This document shows, in pieces, positions 8,869-17,679 of a stretch of 64,000 nucleotides of DNA (positions are counted from its first letter, which is position 1; each line of letters starts with the position of its first letter). The notes below the pieces were generated by a model, which ran no database searches, had not been told where the DNA came from, and was given only the letters and a program-made list of their open reading frames with translations. The stretch lies in contig JBHHYI010000002.1 of assembly GCA_046757525.1 (NCBI GenBank), positions 9,326 to 73,325 of the forward strand. The letters run 5' to 3'. This DNA is from a bacterium (GTDB lineage: Bacteria; Zhuqueibacterota; Zhuqueibacteria; Oceanimicrobiales; Oceanimicrobiaceae). A program made the position numbers and the translations under genes.

Positions 8869-10091
8869 ATTGCATTGATTGTAAATCCAGGATGCAGCTT
8901 TATCTGGACCAGGCGCTTCCCCGTGAGGAGAGCAAGCAGATGCTCGAGCATTTGAAGGCTTGTCCGGATTGCAACAACGAGTATCAGACTTTGCAGAGAG
9001 TGGACGCCCTGGGCCGATTGGAGGTTTTTCCAGGGCCACCGTCGGAATATTGGGACACGTTGCCACAGCAGATCACCCGTCAACTTCCGCGCAGAGAACT
9101 GATCAAAGTCTCCAGGAAAACAATTCCGTTGCGGCCCAAGTTCCTTTTTTCAGGGCGATTGCGGGCGGGGCTTGCTGTGGCCCTTGGCATTGTCGCGTTA
9201 GTCCTCTTAATGCGAAGAAGCCATTGGCTCGATCAGGACGGCCCTGAGGTGCCTGGCAATCCAGGCGTGACAGTGAAATCGACTACCCAACAAGTCCCAC
9301 CAATTAACTCGTTGCGTAAACGGGAAAGCAGCGACAAAACGCGGCACACCACAACCAGAGTTGCTGAAAGACCTGACGGATTCCGGTCGCACAAAAACAT
9401 GGACGCTACGGCCAACCCGCCGGATTCTCACCCACAGCAACCAAAGTCCTCGCGTGGAATGTCGGAAGGTGTGGCGCAAAAGCAGCCTGAGCCGGTCCAG
9501 GACGTGTCACAAGAGTTGCAGGAGCCTGCGACGGTGAATGCCCTGGCAGGACTGAAGGAGGTGAGAAAAGCCAAACCTTCGCCTCTGACCACTATTGAGT
9601 CACCCAAAAAGCTTACCCAACTGTACCCAATTCCCAGGGATGAATTGGCGTTGTCCGTTTCCAAAATGGTTAAGGAAACGGCTTCCAATTCAAGGAGGCA
9701 CGTGCCCAACCAGTTTGCCCTGAATGTCGGTCGAGAGGTTCCGTCGGACCAAACCTCTCAGGACCACAAGCAGCTTGGTGAGACCGACTCGAGACAAGAC
9801 GATTTTGCTGAAACCCTGTGGTTGGTGCAAGAGAGCACAACCCTTGAGGAAAAACGGAACATCTGGCTGTCTTATATTGCCAGAGAACAGGCCCCCACCT
9901 ACCGTTCTCTGGGTGTTTATCATTTGGCCCGGGTCCTAACCCAACGAGTTGAGCAGTCGAAGAACAAAGAGAAGGCCCTCCAGGCTCTCAACTTTTTCCG
10001 GAAACACGAAAAGTCGTTGCGACCTTTAATGGGAGGCCGGCAGTACGAACTCGAGCTGAACGCATTCACCGCCGTACTTGACGGCCGTTGA
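8865..10091 (+). CDS. Membrane anti-sigma factor with an N-terminal zinc finger (ZAS-like).
   Basis: The N-terminal cytoplasmic part carries H-x3-C-x2-C (HLKACPDC) and DCKSRMQLYLD. A single TM helix follows (LAVALGIVALVLLM). It is translationally coupled to the ECF sigma gene. Confidence 0.7.
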   Translation: MNCIDCKSRMQLYLDQALPREESKQMLEHLKACPDCNNEYQTLQRVDALGRLEVFPGPPSEYWDTLPQQITRQLPRRELIKVSRKTIPLRPKFLFSGRLRAGLAVALGIVALVLLMRRSHWLDQDGPEVPGNPGVTVKSTTQQVPPINSLRKRESSDKTRHTTTRVAERPDGFRSHKNMDATANPPDSHPQQPKSSRGMSEGVAQKQPEPVQDVSQELQEPATVNALAGLKEVRKAKPSPLTTIESPKKLTQLYPIPRDELALSVSKMVKETASNSRRHVPNQFALNVGREVPSDQTSQDHKQLGETDSRQDDFAETLWLVQESTTLEEKRNIWLSYIAREQAPTYRSLGVYHLARVLTQRVEQSKNKEKALQALNFFRKHEKSLRPLMGGRQYELELNAFTAVLDGR

Positions 10092-10515
10092 CCAGACCCG
10101 AACTATACTATTATGTCTCATTTCTTGCATCGGTCAGGCCAGTCATCCGGCGGCTGCCGGCCGGCCCTTGACGGGCCCGTTAGAGGTCCGGCCTTTGACG
10201 GACGCCCGACTGACAAAAGTGCAAAAAGAAATGGAACGCGGATTGCACGGATTTAACTGATCCGAACGGATTAGCCCGATTTAATCTGTTTGAGGCAGTC
10301 AGTCTGAACGGTATAGCTCATCAACCGTTTAATTTGTACAAGAAACAAATCCGCGTAAATCCGTTCGATCCGTAAAATCCGTGTTCCATTCGTTTGCGGC
10401 TGCGCCGCGCTAGGGCTACGAAACTGTTTTTAGAAAACCCGTGCTCCTGGTGACGCAAACGACTCATTAATGAGACCAGACCTCCTTGCTCCTCCCCCTC
10501 CTTCTTTTAGCCGTG

Positions 10516-10551
10516 AAAAGGCTGTGCGTTCTTGCACGGCCTTTTCTTTTT
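10516..10551 (+). terminator. Orphan Rho-independent terminator hairpin.
   Basis: The stem AAAAGGCTGTGC and GCACGGCCTTTT (one G-U pair) has loop gttctt, and the run CTTTTTTG follows. It lies 425 nt downstream of the anti-sigma stop. Confidence 0.5.
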
Positions 10552-10636
10552 GAGTTGATTTTGTGCTAAATTTTCAGTAATGTTTAAGCACAATGATCAC
10601 TGAACCTGAGTTAGAAACAAACCTTAGCTTGCGAGC

Positions 10637-11497
10637 ATGAACCCTGTGGACCTGAACGCTTCCGATCTCCAGGGGCTGGTCGCAACGGCTTTGGCTGAAG
10701 ATCTCGGCAGCCGAGGCGATGTGACTTCCGATTGGTTGCTGCCCGATGAAACAAAGGGCACCGCGGTCATCGTTGCCAAACAGGAAGGCATCATTGCCGG
10801 TCTTCCGGTTGCCCAGAAGGTGTTTGAGACTGTGGATCAGGAGCTCGTTTTTACCCCATTCGTCCGGGACGGAGATCGCCTCCAGAGGAACACAAAGGTC
10901 GCTCAAATTGCCGGCTCTGCAAGAGGCATTTTGACTGCGGAACGGACTGCACTGAACTTTTTGCAAAGACTGTCCGGCATTGCAACTCTAACCTCGCAAT
11001 ATGTGGCACAAACACAGGGCACCAAAGCCAGAACCCTGGACACCAGGAAAACAACCCCTGGGTTGCGCCACCTGGAAAAATACGCGGTACGCATGGGCGG
11101 CGGGCTAAATCACAGAATGGGATTGCACGACATGGTCCTGATTAAGGAGAATCACATTGAGGCGGTGGGAAGCTTAGCCAGGGCCGTGACATTGGTGCGG
11201 GAACGGTCGAGTCGCGACAACTTGCAATTGAGCGTTGAGGTGGAAACGCGCACTTTACAAGAAGTAAGCGAAGCCCTTGAATCGCAGGTGGACAGAATCA
11301 TGTTGGACAACATGCCATTGAGCGAAATACAAGAGGCCGTGCGGCTGGTCGGCGGAAAGGTGGAGGTGGAGGTTTCCGGTGGCGTTACCCTGGCAAATGT
11401 GCGCGCCATCGCGGAAACCGGCGTGGATTACATTTCCGTCGGTGCGCTCACTCATTCCGCGCCAGCTTTGGATTTGTCGCTGTTAATGGGGCGTTGA
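10637..11497 (+). CDS. nadC: Nicotinate-nucleotide pyrophosphorylase [carboxylating] (quinolinate phosphoribosyltransferase).
   Basis: 286 aa. Supporting motifs are ERTALNFLQRLSGIAT, DTRKTTPGLR and MLDNM, together with TIM-barrel signature residues. Confidence 0.85.
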   Translation: MNPVDLNASDLQGLVATALAEDLGSRGDVTSDWLLPDETKGTAVIVAKQEGIIAGLPVAQKVFETVDQELVFTPFVRDGDRLQRNTKVAQIAGSARGILTAERTALNFLQRLSGIATLTSQYVAQTQGTKARTLDTRKTTPGLRHLEKYAVRMGGGLNHRMGLHDMVLIKENHIEAVGSLARAVTLVRERSSRDNLQLSVEVETRTLQEVSEALESQVDRIMLDNMPLSEIQEAVRLVGGKVEVEVSGGVTLANVRAIAETGVDYISVGALTHSAPALDLSLLMGR

Positions 11498-11550
11498 AGT
11501 CCAGGCAGTTTTGTGAATCATCACACGGGAATCTAAACGTGAGTAGTTCG

Positions 11551-11961
11551 ATGTTAAAAAAGATCGACCACATTGGAATTGCGGTTGCTGATTTGGATCC
11601 AGCCGTCCAGAAGTACAGTAAAATAACCGGCCGTGAACCCGAGCATAAGGAGATCGTGAGCGAGCAAAAAGTGGCCACGGCTTTTTTCCCGATAGGAGAA
11701 GTACGTCTGGAACTGCTGCAAGGCACGCAGCCAGATTCGCCGATTTCCAGGTTCATCGAAAAGCGCGGTGAAGGGTTCCACCACATCTGCTTTGAAGTGG
11801 AAGATCTCGACCAGTCGGTTGCGGCCCTCTCCCGGTTGGGTTTGCAATTCATCGAGGGAGTTTCGCGCAAAGGTGCCGGGGACGCTCAGGTCGCTTTCAT
11901 TCATCCTAAAAGCACGGGCGGCATTTTGATTGAATTGGTGCAATACCCCAAAGAAAAATAA
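11551..11961 (+). CDS. Methylmalonyl-CoA epimerase / VOC (glyoxalase I-like) family protein.
   Basis: It starts MLKKIDHIGIAVADLDPAVQKY and also carries GEGFHHICFEV and GGILIELVQ. The ORF-track start at 11494 is probably too far upstream; ATG 11551 fits the family N-terminus. Confidence 0.7.
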   Translation: MLKKIDHIGIAVADLDPAVQKYSKITGREPEHKEIVSEQKVATAFFPIGEVRLELLQGTQPDSPISRFIEKRGEGFHHICFEVEDLDQSVAALSRLGLQFIEGVSRKGAGDAQVAFIHPKSTGGILIELVQYPKEK

Positions 11962-11970
11962 ACTGAAAGA

Positions 11971-13857
11971 ATGAACACCGCACTCCCGGCAGTACAGAAC
12001 CATTCGCTGCTGGAAAAGTTGAAAAGCGTTCCGCGCAAGCCTGGCTGTTATCTGTTCAAAGACCGGAAGGGAAAGATCATCTACATCGGCAAAGCCAAGG
12101 TGCTGCGCAACCGCGTGCGCTCCTACTTTCAAGACGGTCGCCTGGAAGGCCCAAAGCTGCTTCGATTAAAAGCCAGGATTTCTGACTTTGAAACTATTGT
12201 TACGGATACGGAGATGGAAGCCTTGATTCTCGAGATGAACCTGATCAAGGAGTACAAGCCACGCTACAACATCAACCTCAAGGACGACAAGAGCTATCCT
12301 TATATTCGGGTCACCAACGAACGCTTTCCACGGATTTTCCCAACGCGCAGGATTATCAAGGACGGGTCGCGCTACTTCGGGCCTTACACCGATGTTGGGG
12401 CCATGCGCAACCTGTTGAAATCGCTCAAGCGCATTTTTCCCGTGCGAAGCTGCAACTATGATCTGACTGAAGATGCGGTTGCCAAAAAAAAATACAAGCT
12501 CTGCCTGGATTACCACATCAAGAAATGTGACGGCCCTTGCGAAGGTCTGGTCGGCGAGGCAGAGTATAACCGCATGGTAGATCAGATCGTCAACTTCGTC
12601 AACGGCAAGAACGGTCAGGTGGTCACCGAACTCAAAGACAAAATGTGGAAGTTGGCCGAAGCCAAGAGATTCGAAGAAGCTGCCCGCGTTCGCGACCAGA
12701 TTCAGTCGGTCGAGAATTTTCAATACAAGCAAAAAGTCGTCACAGACGATTTGAAAGACCGGGATTTCGTGGCAGTGGCCGTGGAGGACGAACATGCTTG
12801 TGGCGTTGTTTTCAAGGTACGCGACGGTAAAATATTGGGGCGCCAGCATTTCTATTTGAACGGCGTCGAGGGGGAAACATTTGCGGACGTGGTTTCGTCC
12901 TTCCTGAAGCAGTTCTACCTCAAGGCGGATTTCATCCCAGAAGAAATATTCCTGCCGGTGGCCATCGAAGACATTGAGCAGATCGAACGTTGGTTGACGG
13001 AAAAGCGGGCGGCCAGAGTGAAACTGGTCGCACCGCAGAAAGGGCAGAAGGCAAAACTGATCGACATGGCCCTGAAGAACGCGCAACTGTTGCTGCAAGA
13101 ATTGCAACTTCAGGCGCAAAAATCCAGGGACTACATTCATCACAACGTGAAGTCCTTGCAACGCGACCTGCGTCTCAAGCGACCGCCTCGCCGAATTGAA
13201 TGCTTCGACATTTCCAACATCCAGGGGAGCGATCCAGTGGCTTCCATGGTTACGTTTGTCAACGGTAAACCCAGGAAAAGCGACTACCGCAAATTCAAGA
13301 TTCGTGTAAAACAGAGTCCGGACGATTTCGCCATGATGGCCGAGGCCGTTAGCCGGCGTTATTCTGGGTCCCTGGCAAAAAAACTGGAAACCCCGGACCT
13401 GGTCTTGATCGACGGCGGGAAGGGGCAATTGTCCACTGTTGTCAGCGTTTTTAAACAGCTCAACCTGGCGGGACAGGCAGTGGCAGCCCTGGCCAAAAGG
13501 CTGGACGAAGTGTTTTTACCCGGAGCCCCTGAACCACAAAATATCCCGAAAACCTCGTCCGGGCTGAAATTGTTGCAGCAAATCCGAGACGAAGCCCACC
13601 GCTTTGCCGTCACCTACCATCGCACCCTGAGGAAGAAGCGCACGGCCAGGTCGGCCCTGGATGCCATTGCCGGCATTGGGCCAACACGGCGAAATGGCTT
13701 AATCAAGTATTTTGGCTCTGTTAAGAATATTAAAGAAGCCACCGTGGATGAATTGGAAATGGTAGAAGGGATTACCAAAGAGCTCGCCAGAAGGATTTGG
13801 GATCATTTTCACAAGATACCGTCAGACGATTCCGGATCGAGGTCGGCAACGATATGA
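11971..13857 (+). CDS. uvrC: Excinuclease ABC subunit C.
   Basis: 628 aa. It has a GIY-YIG domain (PGCYLFKDRKGKIIYIGKAKVLRNRVRSYF), a UvrBC-binding region and a C-terminal RNase-H-like plus HhH domain. Confidence 0.9.
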   Translation: MNTALPAVQNHSLLEKLKSVPRKPGCYLFKDRKGKIIYIGKAKVLRNRVRSYFQDGRLEGPKLLRLKARISDFETIVTDTEMEALILEMNLIKEYKPRYNINLKDDKSYPYIRVTNERFPRIFPTRRIIKDGSRYFGPYTDVGAMRNLLKSLKRIFPVRSCNYDLTEDAVAKKKYKLCLDYHIKKCDGPCEGLVGEAEYNRMVDQIVNFVNGKNGQVVTELKDKMWKLAEAKRFEEAARVRDQIQSVENFQYKQKVVTDDLKDRDFVAVAVEDEHACGVVFKVRDGKILGRQHFYLNGVEGETFADVVSSFLKQFYLKADFIPEEIFLPVAIEDIEQIERWLTEKRAARVKLVAPQKGQKAKLIDMALKNAQLLLQELQLQAQKSRDYIHHNVKSLQRDLRLKRPPRRIECFDISNIQGSDPVASMVTFVNGKPRKSDYRKFKIRVKQSPDDFAMMAEAVSRRYSGSLAKKLETPDLVLIDGGKGQLSTVVSVFKQLNLAGQAVAALAKRLDEVFLPGAPEPQNIPKTSSGLKLLQQIRDEAHRFAVTYHRTLRKKRTARSALDAIAGIGPTRRNGLIKYFGSVKNIKEATVDELEMVEGITKELARRIWDHFHKIPSDDSGSRSATI

Positions 13858-14062
13858 AGACTTCCGGTAGTCGATACATATTACTTTTGCAACCTATCTT
13901 GTTTCAGAAAGCCAAATTCTTCATTGGCAATGTAATAAGAAATCCGCTTATGGACAAGACTTGTTTAGAAAGCTAAAATATTGCATTGCATGCTCAATTT
14001 TCTTACTTTTGGGAGCGAAACTTATTGTCATAAGAAGCTCACCACTAAAAAGGTGTTAAAAT

Positions 14063-14278
14063 ATGATTGATCTAAAAACAGTTGACCAGCTTAAACAAGC
14101 GTCCATCGAAGAACGGCTCAAGATTATCGAACTCATTCTTCAATCCCTCAAAGAAGATATTAAACAAAAACCTAAAATTGCGGCAACACGATTCAAATCT
14201 TTCAAGGTTCGCAAATTTAGTTTGGGTCAAGAGGTTCATGTGGATCGTGAGGATTTATATTCGGAAAGAGGATTATAG
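14063..14278 (+). CDS. Type II antitoxin of the putative addiction-module-component family.
   Basis: 71 aa. The N-terminus LKQASIEERLKIIELILQSL matches the addiction-module-component consensus. It sits 4 nt upstream of the PIN toxin gene in AT-rich DNA. Confidence 0.55.
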   Translation: MIDLKTVDQLKQASIEERLKIIELILQSLKEDIKQKPKIAATRFKSFKVRKFSLGQEVHVDREDLYSERGL

Positions 14279-14281
14279 AGC

Positions 14282-14743
14282 ATGTTTGCGATTGACACCA
14301 ATCTTCTGGTCTACGCTCACAATGAGGATTCTGAATTCAACGAAGCAGCAACTTCATTCTTGGAGAGAGTTGTAAATGAGCGAGACGAAGAAGGAAATCT
14401 CTCCGTCTGTATTCCCTCACAAGTATTGACAGAGTTTGTCAATGTGATTACACGACAGCGTTTGGAGAAGCCACTATCACTTTCGCAGGCAATCGAGGCA
14501 GTAAATGACTATCTCAAGGTAGGTATCAAGATAATTCATCAACGTGAAAACCAAATTCAGACTTTTTTGGAATTGCTCGGTTCTCTAAGCTCTCGCAAGA
14601 AAGTCTTTGATGTGGCTCTTGCTGCAACACTAAAGGACAATGGCATATCAGGACTTTACACAGTCAATGCCAATGATTTTTATGAATTTGATTTTTTGGA
14701 AGTTCTGAATCCATTGGAATCTGAAACACAGGAGTCTAAGTAG
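14282..14743 (+). CDS. PIN-domain ribonuclease toxin (VapC-like).
   Basis: It starts MFAIDTNLLVYA, where the first conserved PIN Asp lies. Further acidic residues follow (NERDEEG; TEFVNVI). Confidence 0.7.
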   Translation: MFAIDTNLLVYAHNEDSEFNEAATSFLERVVNERDEEGNLSVCIPSQVLTEFVNVITRQRLEKPLSLSQAIEAVNDYLKVGIKIIHQRENQIQTFLELLGSLSSRKKVFDVALAATLKDNGISGLYTVNANDFYEFDFLEVLNPLESETQESK

Positions 14744-14915
14744 CTGTCATTAAAAGAGAGGATCTAACAACAACTGGTGTGGATTTGCAGGCTCTGGATT
14801 CCTGGGTTGTATTTGTGCACTCTCAAAGTTATTTTGTAGCAGCCACAGGGTCTCCTTTTCTTCGCCCCATTTAAACACATCCGTTATTGAAAAAATTTGA
14901 GCGTATGTTAAATAG

Positions 14916-16322
14916 ATGAAGAAAATTGCACCCATCGTTTTTTTGCTCCTTTTGTTGACACCGATGAGCCTACCTGGCCGTGGCGGCAAAAAATACGATC
15001 CGACAACTCTGGTCTTTCCGTCATTCCTGCACACCATGGGCGTCCGCAAAGCCACCAAATTGCACTTCATGATTTACACCAAAAACAAAGTCAAGGTGCG
15101 CGATCCGCAAGGCATTGCCGTGGTGCGGCTGAGAAGCTGGGATGATCCCAACAACAAAAAGGACGACGACGAAGTAACCGGCTATGGGGTTAATTCTGGT
15201 GAGAACGTTGTCGTCTACAACACGTCCATGACCGGCATCAGTATTTACGGTTTGAAACAGAAAGGAGAAAAAGCGCTCAATCACCCCATGGGAATTGCCG
15301 CCAACGCGGAAGGAGATGTTTACGTAGCCGACACAGGCAACCACCGAATTGTGCGCTTGAAGAACCCAAAAAGGAAGCTGCAGTTTGTGCGCGGAATTGG
15401 TGGCGAAGGGGCTTTGCCAGGGCAGTTCAAATCCCCGACCGGGGTTGCCCTGGATTCCAATGGCATGGTTTATGTCTGCGATACCGGCAACCACCGCATT
15501 CAAATACTGCGACCCGACGCCAGGTTACACCTGTGGTTTGGCGAGCAAGGGGTTGAAGACGGGCAACTCTGGCATCCTTCCGGCATTGCTGTCACAGACC
15601 ACGGCCAGCCCTGGTCGTTCTACAAAGATGCCTTCATCGCCTTAATCGATCTGGACCATACCAGGCTACAAAAATTTACTCTGGACGGCAAGTTTGTCAA
15701 AGCCATCCGGCTAAAAGACTTCGGCTACCAAAGCGGCCAGTTGGCGTATCTGGCCTTAGACTATTACAGCAACATCTGGGTCACGGATTTTGAAAACCAT
15801 TGCATTCACAAGTTCGACGGGAATTTGAACTATCTGACCTCTTTTGGTCGCTTTGGTAAAGACGACAAGGAATTCAACGAACCGCGGGGCATCGCTATTT
15901 ACAGAAGATTTGGCCAGGTGTTTGTAGCAGAAAAAGAATCGGCGCAATATTATTGGATCGGTACCGACGTGTTCAATTTCCGCGGTCACTGGGACGCTGA
16001 AAAAAAACTCGTGGTGCTCGACTTTTTCCTCACCGAGCCTTCTTACATCACTTTGAGCGTTAAACGGGACCAGGGTCCAACTGTCAAAGTCTTTGAAAAA
16101 GCAAAATACTTCTCCGGCCATCGACGAATTTATTTAGACGAGCACTGGAAACGGATTCCAGAGCACAGAGTCGAGAATTCAAAGGCTTACGGAAATGGCG
16201 TTTCAGACAAGCTGCAATCCATACCAGAGGGCACCTACAAACTCAAGCTGAAAGTCGAGGCCACTTATTCTTCCTACAAATACTTTTCGAAAGAAGTAAA
16301 AACCGAGCTCCGGATCGATTAG
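14916..16322 (+). CDS. Secreted NHL-repeat (six-bladed beta-propeller) protein.
   Basis: It has a signal peptide (MKKIAPIVFLLLLLTPMSLPG). NHL repeats are repeated: GDVYVADTGNHRIVRL, GMVYVCDTGNHRIQIL and IWVTDFENHCIHKF. Confidence 0.7.
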   Translation: MKKIAPIVFLLLLLTPMSLPGRGGKKYDPTTLVFPSFLHTMGVRKATKLHFMIYTKNKVKVRDPQGIAVVRLRSWDDPNNKKDDDEVTGYGVNSGENVVVYNTSMTGISIYGLKQKGEKALNHPMGIAANAEGDVYVADTGNHRIVRLKNPKRKLQFVRGIGGEGALPGQFKSPTGVALDSNGMVYVCDTGNHRIQILRPDARLHLWFGEQGVEDGQLWHPSGIAVTDHGQPWSFYKDAFIALIDLDHTRLQKFTLDGKFVKAIRLKDFGYQSGQLAYLALDYYSNIWVTDFENHCIHKFDGNLNYLTSFGRFGKDDKEFNEPRGIAIYRRFGQVFVAEKESAQYYWIGTDVFNFRGHWDAEKKLVVLDFFLTEPSYITLSVKRDQGPTVKVFEKAKYFSGHRRIYLDEHWKRIPEHRVENSKAYGNGVSDKLQSIPEGTYKLKLKVEATYSSYKYFSKEVKTELRID

Positions 16323-16435
16323 TTTGTCCGTCTTAACCCGGCAAGCCGGGAATTCGTGTGGCACGCCGATAACTTAAATTACAAGAGACGCTGCGCAATC
16401 GAGACGATTGCGTTACGTCCGACAGAGCGTTTCCT

Positions 16436-16612
16436 GAAAGCGCTGTGCGAGTCATCCCGAGTAGGTCACTGTTGTTCAAGTGACCGTATCGAGGGCATCG
16501 TCCTGAGCCCGACGAAGGGGTAACGGGCGTCGCCCTTCGATACGTTTCGACCAAAAACCGATCGGGACTACTCAGGACGACTCCCTTTAGGATCAAAGAG
16601 AATCAACTGTCG
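16436..16612 (+). repeat. Intergenic repeat element, copy A (full length, sense orientation).
   Basis: It contains GCTGTGCGAGTCATCCCGAGTAGGTCACTGttgttcaAGTGACCGTATCGAGGG plus downstream hairpins. It is 80-90% identical to 57258-57420, and its 5' module matches the reverse complement of 20569-20616. Confidence 0.8.
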
Positions 16613-16710
16613 TTCCGCTCCAAAGAAGCGTATCCTAAAAGCCGAAAGCGAAGAAGGGAACAAAATTGCATTTGTCTGGTAAAAATTAGCCTGAAACACC
16701 AACTTGACCA

Positions 16711-17127
16711 ATGAGACACCCAAACAAGACAATTTCAGTTAGCTTGATTGCACTGGTTCTGCTTCTGAATTTCCCCGCGGGCCTGGTCAATCTTTGTCAG
16801 TCCACGACTCAGGGGATGACTAAAACGACGTGTTGCCAAGGGCGAATGGTGGTGGCGCACGTGCAAGGTAAAAGCAATATCACAAGGACTTCTTGTTGCT
16901 GCAATTTCTCGACAGATGGGAAGCGGCGTTCCCCTTTGGTACACATCGCCGTAACCGACAACGGGAAAAATAGGAACAATGAGAAGGCGTTCAAGAAAAT
17001 TTCTCTGCAACCCGGGCTCACCCACAGGCAAGCGCCTGTCTCCCTTTCAAAAACAAACCTGTTGTTTCAACTCAAGGTCAACTTAGACCTAAAAATCTTC
17101 ACTCTCACCTCCTCCCTTTTGATCTGA
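16711..17127 (+). CDS. Hypothetical small secreted Cys-rich protein (weak call).
   Basis: 138 aa. It has a signal-peptide-like N-terminus (ISVSLIALVLLLNFPAGLV) and CC/CCC clusters (TTCCQG, SCCCNF). No recognisable family. Confidence 0.3.
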   Translation: MRHPNKTISVSLIALVLLLNFPAGLVNLCQSTTQGMTKTTCCQGRMVVAHVQGKSNITRTSCCCNFSTDGKRRSPLVHIAVTDNGKNRNNEKAFKKISLQPGLTHRQAPVSLSKTNLLFQLKVNLDLKIFTLTSSLLI

Positions 17128-17679
17128 TTTCTTCGCTCTTGGCTGTTTAGGCCCGTTTTCAACTCGGGCTGAGCAAGCGAACGCAAAGCACCCCGAATCA
17201 AAGGGTCTGCCATAAGCTTGGCCTCAGCTCGAATCAAGATTGTGCAACGGCGTCCACGATCAACAAACAGTTCTATGTACTTTTGGGCCAGGCTTCCCGG
17301 AAATCTCCTGACTCCGAGGAGGTTTCAGAGCGACTCAGGCCAGGGCTATCTGGTGGGTTGAAAAACCTGCATCCGATCCCGCGGAATGAATAGGAAGACG
17401 AGGCCCCGTCGGCGCAAAAGCCAATGGGAAAAATGTAGAATATTGTCCACATGTTTAGAGTCGGTGTGGAATAGTAGTCAAACGCTCGAATCCTCGCGTG
17501 GAGAAAAATATTGGTTAGAACAGGCTAATTCACTTATTAAGCTGACAGTTGCAGCAACAAAAAATCGTTTGAAAAAAAATGGTATAGTTTTTGGCATATT
17601 GCGCAAACAATAATCCGCAACGAAGTCTGTTTGAACGATGAGCATAAAAGAGAGTTATTGATCATTTGGAGGTAAGTGT

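Noticed and set aside
10078-10260. 60 aa ORF overlapping the anti-sigma stop
   Set aside because: It has no RBS and lies across repeat motifs, so it is more likely non-coding regulatory DNA.
12166-13428. 420 aa ORF antisense to uvrC
   Set aside because: It lies entirely inside the well-supported uvrC gene on the opposite strand. The peptide is low-complexity with no motifs and looks like a GC-driven open antisense frame.
16333-16596. 87 aa ORF, with look-alike ORFs at 20479-20697 and 57221-57439, sharing the peptide GHLRSSDLLGMTRT
   Set aside because: The shared peptide is an artefact of translating the intergenic repeat element. The copies are conserved at the nucleotide level, not in a protein-like pattern.
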